From IMG/VR virus record IMGVR_UViG_3300020045_001505, positions 1 through 43,467 of that record: a stretch of 43,467 nucleotides of DNA. The stretch is one strand, 5' to 3'. A program made the position numbers and the translations under genes. Positions 25,682 through 34,568 of this stretch are shown in pieces. This DNA is from a virus. Lineage: Duplodnaviria > Caudoviricetes. Each line of letters starts with the position of its first letter. The first letter of the stretch is position 1. Under the pieces are notes generated by a model. That model saw nothing but the letters and a program-made list of their open reading frames with translations. It was not told the DNA's origin and did not search any database.

Positions 25682-25765
25682 TGGGAGCACGTCGTCCTTG
25701 CACGTAAAATCAGAGAGGCGCTGCTTCCCGCGTTTCCACATGTATTGGGGATTAAAAATGGATGA
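25682..25765 (+). pseudogene. displaced original 3' end of thyX
   Basis: Reads WEHVVLARKIREALLPAFPHVLGIKNG*, 18/23 identical to the ThyX C-terminus. Confidence 0.85.
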
Positions 25766-26216
25766 TACAACGTTTCGACAAGAGTTTGAGGCCAAGCTTG
25801 CCACGACCCCACTGGGGTTTCCTCTTCTGTATGGCTCCCGTAAGTTTCACAATATGTCTACCGCAGAGAGTGACTGGGATTTTGCAGTGAGGGACGTCCG
25901 TGGGGCAGAGTGGGTCTTGGCCACTTTGGGGTTTGAGAAGAAACCAGAGTTTGATTATCGAGACTGCTCCACCATTTCTGTTTGGGATAAGGTAGATGTG
26001 GACGAGGACGGGAATAAACGTAAAATTCAAGTCTCTATCCGTATGGAACACTACTGGGAAGCTTTCTGCGCCTTGTGGAAAAACATGCCCGAAGAACTCT
26101 ATTCGCTCTATATCTGCAAACGTGGCCCCTACTACCGTGGAGGCGACGAGCTTTCAACCCTTGTTAGTAACCTTACATACCTGATGCAGGGAAACATAAT
26201 TGTGGGGTGGGATTGA
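25758..26216 (+). CDS. Pol-beta-like nucleotidyltransferase domain protein
   Basis: LLYGSR...SDWDF (GS..DxD). Confidence 0.65.
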   Translation: MDDTTFRQEFEAKLATTPLGFPLLYGSRKFHNMSTAESDWDFAVRDVRGAEWVLATLGFEKKPEFDYRDCSTISVWDKVDVDEDGNKRKIQVSIRMEHYWEAFCALWKNMPEELYSLYICKRGPYYRGGDELSTLVSNLTYLMQGNIIVGWD

Positions 26217-26744
26217 TTGGGTAAAAGGTCTGATTACGAAAGAAACCCTAGAGACCTCTACCCCACCCCACTAGAGGCTGTTCTCCCCCTGCGGGGGAAC
26301 GTCCTCCCCTATAGCTCTTTCTTTGAGCCGTGTGCGGGAGATGGGAGACTAGTTAAGTGGCTAGAGGAAACGCTTAAGCTCCAATGTTTTGGTGCTACAG
26401 ATATTGAGCCCCAAAATGGGACGGTGATACAACTAGACGCTAACAACTTGACACAAGACCATGTTGAGTATTGTGACTTGATTATCACTAATCCACCTTT
26501 TGCTTGGAACATGCTTAAGCCCCTGCTTGATAAGTTCATCTCTCTTCGTCCAACACTGCTCTTGTTGCCTGCCGATTTTATGCACAACAAGAGGATGGGA
26601 AGCTATATGGAAATTTGCGAAAGTATTATATCTATTGGCAGGGTTAAGTGGATTGAAGGAAGCAAAACTGCTGGGGTAGACAACTACGCTTGGTATTTGT
26701 TCGATAAAGAACACACCGGAAAAACAACTTTTATTGGAAGATGA
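26217..26744 (+). CDS. DNA amino-methyltransferase (N6-adenine type)
   Basis: DLYPTP, EPCAGDG, ITNPPF. Confidence 0.85.
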   Translation: MGKRSDYERNPRDLYPTPLEAVLPLRGNVLPYSSFFEPCAGDGRLVKWLEETLKLQCFGATDIEPQNGTVIQLDANNLTQDHVEYCDLIITNPPFAWNMLKPLLDKFISLRPTLLLLPADFMHNKRMGSYMEICESIISIGRVKWIEGSKTAGVDNYAWYLFDKEHTGKTTFIGR

Positions 26745-26969
26745 ATGACTACTAATGTGATTAGCCTTGGCTCTATGGACCAAGAAGACGAAACCTACGC
26801 CGCTCTGGTTGAAGCTGTCTCCGGGGAGAATGAACGAGCAGTGTTTTTGATTGAACGAAAAGACGGCAGTGTTGTAGTGGGGACCAACTCCACGGATCGA
26901 CGAGACATTGTGTATGACCTCTACCGTCTGCAAGAAGTGTGTCGTATGATGATTGGAGAAGCTGAATGA
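26745..26969 (+). CDS. hypothetical protein
   Basis: 74-aa coupled ORF. Confidence 0.6.
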   Translation: MTTNVISLGSMDQEDETYAALVEAVSGENERAVFLIERKDGSVVVGTNSTDRRDIVYDLYRLQEVCRMMIGEAE

Positions 26970-27412
26970 CCTACGAAACCTCTGCACGAGAGTTTAGTCG
27001 TGCGTTTAATCAACCTCTTGACAACACTGGCCCCACCGAAGACCTTCTTGCCCTACGGTATAAGCTCCTCTTTGAGGAGGTAATTGAGCTTCGTAACGAG
27101 ATGGCCATCGCCATGGCAGAGAGCCACTTCAAAGACGGCATCCAACCAAAAACTTGGGAACGTCTCCTTAAAGAGCTGGCAGATGTCCAATACGTTGTTA
27201 GTGGCTTGGCTGTCACCTTTGGACTGCCCCTAGAGGAGGCCTTCAATCGTGTTCACAAAAGTAACATGAGCAAGCTAGGGGAAGATGGCACCCCCATCTA
27301 TCGTGAAGATGGGAAGGTTCTTAAAGGGCCTAACTACGCTCCCCCCGATCTTGAAGACCTCGTAACTAAATACGCTGCTATCCCCGGAACTGAATACTGG
27401 ATTTCTGAATGA
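26966..27412 (+). CDS. MazG/HisE-like NTP pyrophosphohydrolase
   Basis: EEVIE, KELADVQYV, VHKSNMSK, REDGKVLKGPNY. Confidence 0.88.
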   Translation: MTYETSAREFSRAFNQPLDNTGPTEDLLALRYKLLFEEVIELRNEMAIAMAESHFKDGIQPKTWERLLKELADVQYVVSGLAVTFGLPLEEAFNRVHKSNMSKLGEDGTPIYREDGKVLKGPNYAPPDLEDLVTKYAAIPGTEYWISE

Positions 27413-30090
27413 CCCAATACGGACCTACCCTCCCAATCTCTGACTGGATTCACACCCTTAAATACCGAGGAGAGGGGGAGACCTTCAAAGAGGCCATGAT
27501 CCGTGTGGCTGACGGACTAAAAGATGGTGATACCCATTACCTTGCGTTTAAGGACATCCTCCTCAATATGCGGTTTATGCCAGCAGGTCGGGTCCAGTCC
27601 GCAATTGGGGCTCCTCGGGCTGTCACCCCCTACAACTGTTTTGTCTCGAATACGATCAAAGATTCCATGAATGGCATCATGGAAGCTGTAAAAGAGGCAG
27701 CCGAGACCATGAGGTTGGGTGGTGGTATTGGGTATGACTTTTCAACTCTTCGCCCCAAGAATGACCTGATTCGAAGCCTCGACACGAAAAGCTCTGGCCC
27801 CGTCTCTTTCATGGGCATCTTTGACGCGGTTTGTAAGACTATTGCTTCGGCTGGTCATCGTCGAGGGGCTCAAATGGGGGTGCTTAGAGTCGATCACCCG
27901 GACATCGAAGAGTTTGTCCGTGCCAAAGCAAACAAAGATAACCTCACCCAGTTTAACCTGAGTGTCGGTGTCACAGATAAGTTCATGGAAGCAGTTGAGG
28001 CAGACAGCACCTTTGATCTTGTCTTTGAGGGACGTGTATACAAAACTGTTCGTGCCCGTCCCTTGTGGAACGAAATCCTTCGGACTACGTGGGATTGGGC
28101 AGAACCGGGCATTTTGTTTATCGACAAGATGAACCGCAAGAATAACCTTTGGTATTGCGAAAAGATTGCGGCTACCAATCCTTGCGTCTCCGGGGAAACA
28201 CCTATTCTGACTAAAAATGGGTATGTCCCCATTATTGATCTAGTGGGAAAATCCGTGGACATCTGGAATGGGGAAGAGTGGTCGAAAGTTACACCCTTCG
28301 AGACCGGAGAAAACGATCTTGTCCGTGTTCACCTTTCGGATGGTAACAGCCTCGATTGCACTTGGCATCACCGTTGGGTGATTGATGGCAAGGGGTTTGT
28401 TGAGACTAAAGACCTCTCCATTGGTATGGCACTTGAAAAATTTGCCATGCCTGTTGTCACCGAAGGGACGACCCCAAACTCTGACCCCTACTCGCAAGGG
28501 TTTTACTCTGGGGATGGCAACCGTGGGTATAAAACTTCATACCTGTATTCTCCGAAGTATGTTTGTGAACCTCGGTTGATTGGGGAGTGTGTTAACGACG
28601 CCGAAGGACGAAAACGCTGGAAACATGGGCCCATGCTGGACAAGTCCTATGTCCCGACTGAAGCCAACTTGCAATATCGCCTTGAGTGGTTGGCTGGGCT
28701 GCTTGACAGTGATGGGACTGTGACGAGAGATGTTAACGGCAGTGGATTTCAAATCACAAGTGTCGATCATCAATTTCTTCGTGACCTCCAACTGATGCTT
28801 ACCACTATGGGTGTCCGGGCTAAGATCGCTCTTGGGAATAGGGAGGGATTTCGTCCTATGCCTGATGGGGCAGGTGGCGTAAAAGACTATTTCTGCAAAG
28901 AAGTTAGACGCATCCTGATTGGCAATAGCGATGCCCATGACTTGATGGAGCTGGGACTTAAGCTTTCTCGCCTAGTCCACGACGGGTCCAAACCTCAGCG
29001 AGATGCACGACGTTTTGTTCGAGTCACTAGTATCGAACCCCTTGACCGCCACGAAACTACGTATTGCTTTACGGAGCCTAAAACCAACCGTGGGACTTTC
29101 AATGGGATTGTGACTGGGCAGTGTGGAGAGCAACCCCTCCCTCCCTATGGTGCTTGCTTGCTTGGCTCTCTGAACCTCACCCGTTACGTAAAGAAGACGG
29201 AAGATGGTTGGGTGTTTGACTACGAGCAATTGGAGCAAGACTTGCCGCACATTATCCGTGCTATGGATAATGTCGTTGATCGCGCCATCTACCCCCTGCC
29301 ACAGCAAGAGGCGGAGGCAAAGAATAAACGTCGCATGGGGATTGGTGTTACAGGTGTTGCCAACGCTGGCGAAGCCCTTGGCCTCCCCTATGGGAGTGAG
29401 GGGTTCAACTCGTGGCTGGCCTCTGTTATGGAGGCAATTCGTGACGGTGCTTACCGTGCTTCTATTAACCTCGCTAAAGAGAAAGGGCCTTTCCCCCTCT
29501 TCAGCGTGGAGCTTCTTGAATCTGAGTTTGCTAAAACCCTCCCCGAGGATATTAGAAAAGATATTGCTACCTACGGTCTCCGTAACAGCCACCTCCTCTC
29601 CGTGGCCCCTACAGGGACAATCAGCTTGAGTGCTGACAACATCTCCTCTGGTATCGAACCCGTCTTTTCCCACTCCTATAATCGAACCATTCAAACTGGT
29701 AGTGGGGAGATTAACACCTTGGTCGAAGACTACGGTGTTCGTGTGTTTGGTGTTAAGGGGCGGACAGCAGATCAGTGCTCTGTGTTTGACCACGTTGACG
29801 TTCTCACCCTTGCAAGTCAATACGTAGACTCTGCTTGTTCCAAAACTTGTAACGTCGGAGATGATGTTACATGGGACGAGTTTAAGGAGGTCTATATGCG
29901 AGCTTGGAGAGGGGGTGCCTCTGGTTGCACCACTTTCCGTGCCTCAGGTAAGCGTTATGGCATCCTTAATGCGGCTAAGGCAGAGGAGGTCGTGGAGGAG
30001 CCTGAGAAGGAAGTTGACACCTTCATCGACGAGAAGGAGGGTGGTGCTTGCTACTACGACCCTGAAACTGGCAAAAGGACTTGTGAGTGA
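27409..30090 (+). CDS. nrdJ: class II (adenosylcobalamin) ribonucleotide reductase with intein
   Basis: PAGR, NCFV, GGGIG, RRGAQMG, TNP|CGEQ, GACLLGS, RRMGIG, APTGT, GCTTFR and C-terminal Cys pair; no nrdB nearby. Confidence 0.9.
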   Translation: MTQYGPTLPISDWIHTLKYRGEGETFKEAMIRVADGLKDGDTHYLAFKDILLNMRFMPAGRVQSAIGAPRAVTPYNCFVSNTIKDSMNGIMEAVKEAAETMRLGGGIGYDFSTLRPKNDLIRSLDTKSSGPVSFMGIFDAVCKTIASAGHRRGAQMGVLRVDHPDIEEFVRAKANKDNLTQFNLSVGVTDKFMEAVEADSTFDLVFEGRVYKTVRARPLWNEILRTTWDWAEPGILFIDKMNRKNNLWYCEKIAATNPCVSGETPILTKNGYVPIIDLVGKSVDIWNGEEWSKVTPFETGENDLVRVHLSDGNSLDCTWHHRWVIDGKGFVETKDLSIGMALEKFAMPVVTEGTTPNSDPYSQGFYSGDGNRGYKTSYLYSPKYVCEPRLIGECVNDAEGRKRWKHGPMLDKSYVPTEANLQYRLEWLAGLLDSDGTVTRDVNGSGFQITSVDHQFLRDLQLMLTTMGVRAKIALGNREGFRPMPDGAGGVKDYFCKEVRRILIGNSDAHDLMELGLKLSRLVHDGSKPQRDARRFVRVTSIEPLDRHETTYCFTEPKTNRGTFNGIVTGQCGEQPLPPYGACLLGSLNLTRYVKKTEDGWVFDYEQLEQDLPHIIRAMDNVVDRAIYPLPQQEAEAKNKRRMGIGVTGVANAGEALGLPYGSEGFNSWLASVMEAIRDGAYRASINLAKEKGPFPLFSVELLESEFAKTLPEDIRKDIATYGLRNSHLLSVAPTGTISLSADNISSGIEPVFSHSYNRTIQTGSGEINTLVEDYGVRVFGVKGRTADQCSVFDHVDVLTLASQYVDSACSKTCNVGDDVTWDEFKEVYMRAWRGGASGCTTFRASGKRYGILNAAKAEEVVEEPEKEVDTFIDEKEGGACYYDPETGKRTCE
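28183..29121 (+). mobile_element. LAGLIDADG intein (313 aa) at the RNR thiyl-radical Cys
   Basis: NP|CVSGETPIL start, CTWHHRW block B, WLAGLLDSDG, FNGIVTGQ|CGEQ end. Confidence 0.93.
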
Positions 30091-30248
30091 TGTATACAGT
30101 TATCGTCATGTCCACCTCTGCTAACCTAATTGATGTGGTCAACTCCCACTTGAAAGACGGGTGGGAGTTGGTCGGAGGTGTCTCTATTACGGGGCACCAA
30201 GCTTCTCAAGCTATGTATAAACCCCCTACCAAAAAGGTGACTAAATGA
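30090..30248 (+). CDS. DUF1737-like small protein
   Basis: Read by hand: ...VNSHLKDGWELVGGVSI...QAMYK. Confidence 0.6.
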   Translation: MYTVIVMSTSANLIDVVNSHLKDGWELVGGVSITGHQASQAMYKPPTKKVTK

Positions 30249-30472
30249 TTATCGACTTCATTCAATACAACGCTGCTGAGGCCATCCTAGTCCTCACCCT
30301 CATCAACACCTATCTGCTGTTTAAGCTCTTTAAGTGAACTACTTCCTCCCGTCTGTCTATGAGCGGGAACACTACAGGGAGTCATTTGTGTTACAAGCAG
30401 ATGGCTCCCCTTTCTTAATTGTCCCTAAACGAAACAAAATGGGTTTCGACCTCTCACCTAAGAAAGACCGTG

Positions 30473-31158
30473 ATGACCTCATCTCGTCGCACCCCCAAAT
30501 ACAAGAAGGCTAACGAGGAAGCCAGCTCCAAGCTCTTCCCCCTTATTCCTAAAACGGATAACCAAGCTCGTTACATCGACGCCCTCGACACGAAAGACCA
30601 AATCGTAGTGTTTGGCCATAGCGGAACGGGAAAGACCTTCCTTGCTGCTTGTCATGCGGCCAACCAATACCTCTCTCGTGCAATTGATAAAATCGTAGTC
30701 ACCCGTCCCAACGTATCTGTTGGTCGTGACCTTGGGTATTTCCCGGAGATTTGAACGAGAAGTTTAGTCCTTGGGCCGCCCCAGTCCTTGATGTGTTGTC
30801 CGCACAGCTTGGTAAGGGGGTTGTTGAAACAGCAATCAAAAGCGGGAACATCGAACTTGCCCCAATGTCTATTATGAGGGGAAGGTCTTTCAAAGACACA
30901 TTCATCATCCTAGATGAAGCCCAGAACACCACCCCTGAGGAGATTAAGATGTTCCTCACTCGTATCGGTGAGGGTTGTCAAGTGGTGGTGAATGGAGATA
31001 TTAAGCAAGCTGACATCAAAGGCACGTCTGGTCTCTCTACGATCATTCGTCTTATCAAAGAAAATGACATGGACATCCCACTAATTGAGTTTGGTATTGA
31101 GGACATTGTTCGTAGTGACATTTGCAAACAATGGATTATCGCCTTCGAGAAAAACTAA
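30473..31158 (+). CDS. phoH: PhoH-like ATPase with a -1 frameshift near 30745
   Basis: GHSGTGKT, TRP, LGYFP|GDLNEKF, MRGRSF, ILDEAQN, FLTRIG, GDIKQAD, DIVRS spread over two frames. Confidence 0.88.
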
Positions 31159-31170
31159 CCAGTAGAAATG

Positions 31171-31212
31171 AAAAGGGCCCGGAGAGCGTTATGCTCTGCC
31201 GGGCCTTCTTCT
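31171..31212. terminator. bidirectional intrinsic terminator between the converging arms
   Basis: AAAAG-GGCCCGGAGAGC-GTTAT-GCTCTGCCGGGCC-TTCTTCTT. Confidence 0.8.
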
Positions 31213-34200
31213 TATTTAGCTCTCTCAAGCATTACATCATCTCGTTGTTCTTCGAGGTCAATGTAACGTTTGATAGCGTCAATCTGTTCAATACTAAGCT
31301 GATGGTCAGGGGTTCGAATACCAAGGCTCTCCTTGGCCCTGTTTCTGGCAGAGCTATCAAGGATGAGGAGCTTTCGTCTTTCGTTGATAACTCTCTCATC
31401 TACCCCATCAATCTGATAACCTTCCAACATCGTATTGATGTCATTCTTTGTCTGCTTCAACAAATCATCTACCATTTTAATCTGTCGAGACTTAGGAAGT
31501 TTTTTGAAGGCTTCATTACGAAGAAGACTTTTAGCCCTTTGTTCAAGCATAGGGAACAACTCCTCGTTAACAAACGAGTCGTATTCAGGGATGCCTGAGG
31601 TAAAGCTTTCTGCCAAATAAGGGGGCTTATCAACCATACCCAAGAGGGTATCAATGGCTGTGTGTTTACCCCCAGTCTTTCTTCCCAACATCGCATTGAG
31701 CCAAGAAGATTGCTTAACAGGGCCTTCTTCTGTCGCAGAATATCTGGGTGTGCCCACAAGCCTCACCCCATCCTGTTCTTCCCCTAGCAAAGCGTTAATA
31801 AGGCCTGTCGTATAACGGGTCAAGCCCGCCACCATACGATCAACACTTCCACCCTCTTTACGGTTGGGAATGGCCCCTTCACCACCAACTTCCTTAGACC
31901 CCACTACCCTTGAGAAGGGCTCAAAAGGACGAGTGAAGCCCGCTGCAATACCAGTGAGAGACTCAGCAGCATAGGCAGCTACAGTGAGAATGTCAGATTT
32001 ATCCTCAATCGAAGATTGATCTGCGGCAAGGTATTTGAAGATGTCCTTCAAGAGAGAAGGATTAGCAACTGTGTCAATAGCGTCCAGAGGACCAATGAGT
32101 TGTTTCATTGTATCAAGGAGGCTAATAGACATCCCCTCCCCCTGTGCGTAATTGTGGCCAATACGACCAGCCAGTGCATACAGGTTTTCCGGGGAGAGGT
32201 TGGTAATGTCCTCTACACCCCCCATACCATCGGGACGTTCAAACCACTGGTATCCTTGCTCTTGAAGCTTCCCTTGGCTAACTACCATGTATCCAAGAGC
32301 CATAGCCCCTACAGCAGACCTAGAGGCCACCTTCCCCAAATCGTCGTCCACCTTCCCAGTGATTGCTCGTGCCATAGGCATAACAATCGACAAAGGACTA
32401 TACCGCCAAGTGAAGGCAAGTAGGTTATTCATAAACCCGCCGAAAGGAATGACATACCCACCAACAGGGTGGGCAGACAAATCCTGAACCACTTTAGCGA
32501 GAAGGCCAAGACCATGGGGGCCAGACAAATCTTCAGAGAACGTATCTTGCAAAGATTGTTTGATCGACTTCTCCCACATGTCTTCTGTGAGAAGATGGGT
32601 TTCCCCCGAGTCAATCAGGTCTTTCAAGCTTCTGCCAAAAGCTTCACGGGATTGTAGGTCAAGCTCTGTAAGACCAGAAATACCTTTTGTCCAAGCATCC
32701 TGATGCTTCACCAAACTGAACGTAGCAGCTCGTCCCTTATAGGCTTCAAACCATCTAAACCCCAGAGCAGTGGGGTCTACACCGTAAGCTTCTGCTGTCC
32801 CCCTCTCCACACCACCAAACAATTCCTTAGACACCTTCTTCAAAGAAGAGGGTGAAGAACGAGACATCAGATCAAAGAAGGTCTCTGCTGACAAGTGAGG
32901 ATCGAGCATTGTTTGAAGGGAGAACCCAATGTTTTTACCAATGGCATTAGCACGGAGAACTTTCTGAGACAGCTTTCCCTTAGCCAAACTCTCTACAGCC
33001 CCCACACCATAGAGGGTGGTCATACGGACAACATCAGACACTTTGTTAGCAGCATATGCCATTTGCCAACCACGAACGTTAGCAGCCGTGGTAAATGGGG
33101 TGGAAGTGAGAAGGCCTTTCCACGAGGACAAGAAATAGCGAGGGAGGTCTCTAGGAACTTCCACACCCTTTCCCGCAGCCTCCTCTGCAAGCTGCTTCTC
33201 AATAGCCTCCAAATGACGATCTAGGCGTTTTCTCCCGACACCAATGTTCTGCACTTCGTGGACATACTTAACCGCCTTAGAAGCCATGTTAAGGTCTTGA
33301 CCCGCTGTAGACATCATAGACGCCATAACATTCATAGCATCAGAGAAGTTGGTCCCAAGAGGTTTTAGCATCTTGTCATAAACTTCTCGCTCTGTATCAC
33401 TCATACCAGCAGCAAATTCCATCAAGGATTTGGTGAAGGCTTGACCACCAGCACGGGTCTCAATACGAGCTCCCGCTGCCGTGATAATCCGCAAGAAGCT
33501 GTCTTTATCGTTAACGTCGAGAAACCATCTACCAATAGACTGCTGAAGGGGTGTGTTGGCACCAAAGGCAAGACCTTCATGCACCATTTTCGTCCATTCA
33601 ACTTGCTTCTTGGCAAGCACTTCTTTAAGGCGACGGGAAGCTTTCTTAGCAGCAACTTGAGCCCTTTGAGCCGCAGCCCTGTCTACCTTCATCCCCGTAT
33701 CGTTAAACTTGCCCTCAATCCCCAGCTTAGTCTTTCCCCACCCCAAGCCTGCACCAAGGGCAGCACCAAGAGCCACTTGAGCCGAGAGGTCAACAAAACT
33801 AAATTGTTCTTGAGCCCCCGTATCAATACGAGCTTTCTGGTAAGCAACATTCTCGATAACAGACACACCAGCTTCGAATGCTGTGGTGGCTGCTACAGTT
33901 TTAAGGGTGGTGCCACGGACAACAGAAGCCATCATCTGATCTCTCAGGGCCTTCTGGGCAGGCTCCTTCACCCCCCTCTTGGCAGCAGCAGCAACAGCCA
34001 TGTCAATCGTCTTTTTAGCAGCAGCTTTCCCAGCCGCCCCTGTAAAGGCCTTCTCGATAAGTTTACCACCACCAAAGGTGAGGTAGGTAGTAGGGTCAGC
34101 AAGAACGGCAGAGGCATAGTCTTTAGTGGTTGACCAATAGTCGTCTTCAGCAGACCCTGTAGCCATCTCGTCCCAAAGCTTAAACCCCTCCCCATACTTG

Positions 34201-34559
34201 ATTCTGTCTTCGTCTGTCCCTGTGGCAATGCTATATGCCGTAGAGCCTACAGAGGCGGTGTTGGAAGAGAACCAACGCATATACGAGGAAAACTCTTCCA
34301 GGGCCTCTTTATCGGACAAAGACGCTTTATTAGTGTCACGGAGGGTGACATAATCTCTCACCCTTTTCATATCCTCGGGGTTAGCGAGGACATCTTCAAA
34401 AGATTTAGTGGGGATGGACTGAGCAGGCTTATAAGCCGCCACCTGACTAAAGACAGAAGAGGGAGCCTGTGTTAGAGGCTCCCTTTCCATGGCAACCTCT
34501 TCTTTTTCCTCTTTAGGGGCAATGCCCTTGGAGGAGAGAAATTCGTCAATAGTTGCCAT
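31212..34559 (-). CDS. large internal virion (ejection) protein
   Basis: 1115 aa, Ala/Gly-rich and helical, last gene of the structural arm. Confidence 0.65.
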   Translation of the reverse strand: MATIDEFLSSKGIAPKEEKEEVAMEREPLTQAPSSVFSQVAAYKPAQSIPTKSFEDVLANPEDMKRVRDYVTLRDTNKASLSDKEALEEFSSYMRWFSSNTASVGSTAYSIATGTDEDRIKYGEGFKLWDEMATGSAEDDYWSTTKDYASAVLADPTTYLTFGGGKLIEKAFTGAAGKAAAKKTIDMAVAAAAKRGVKEPAQKALRDQMMASVVRGTTLKTVAATTAFEAGVSVIENVAYQKARIDTGAQEQFSFVDLSAQVALGAALGAGLGWGKTKLGIEGKFNDTGMKVDRAAAQRAQVAAKKASRRLKEVLAKKQVEWTKMVHEGLAFGANTPLQQSIGRWFLDVNDKDSFLRIITAAGARIETRAGGQAFTKSLMEFAAGMSDTEREVYDKMLKPLGTNFSDAMNVMASMMSTAGQDLNMASKAVKYVHEVQNIGVGRKRLDRHLEAIEKQLAEEAAGKGVEVPRDLPRYFLSSWKGLLTSTPFTTAANVRGWQMAYAANKVSDVVRMTTLYGVGAVESLAKGKLSQKVLRANAIGKNIGFSLQTMLDPHLSAETFFDLMSRSSPSSLKKVSKELFGGVERGTAEAYGVDPTALGFRWFEAYKGRAATFSLVKHQDAWTKGISGLTELDLQSREAFGRSLKDLIDSGETHLLTEDMWEKSIKQSLQDTFSEDLSGPHGLGLLAKVVQDLSAHPVGGYVIPFGGFMNNLLAFTWRYSPLSIVMPMARAITGKVDDDLGKVASRSAVGAMALGYMVVSQGKLQEQGYQWFERPDGMGGVEDITNLSPENLYALAGRIGHNYAQGEGMSISLLDTMKQLIGPLDAIDTVANPSLLKDIFKYLAADQSSIEDKSDILTVAAYAAESLTGIAAGFTRPFEPFSRVVGSKEVGGEGAIPNRKEGGSVDRMVAGLTRYTTGLINALLGEEQDGVRLVGTPRYSATEEGPVKQSSWLNAMLGRKTGGKHTAIDTLLGMVDKPPYLAESFTSGIPEYDSFVNEELFPMLEQRAKSLLRNEAFKKLPKSRQIKMVDDLLKQTKNDINTMLEGYQIDGVDERVINERRKLLILDSSARNRAKESLGIRTPDHQLSIEQIDAIKRYIDLEEQRDDVMLERAK

Positions 34560-34568
34560 TACAAGTCC

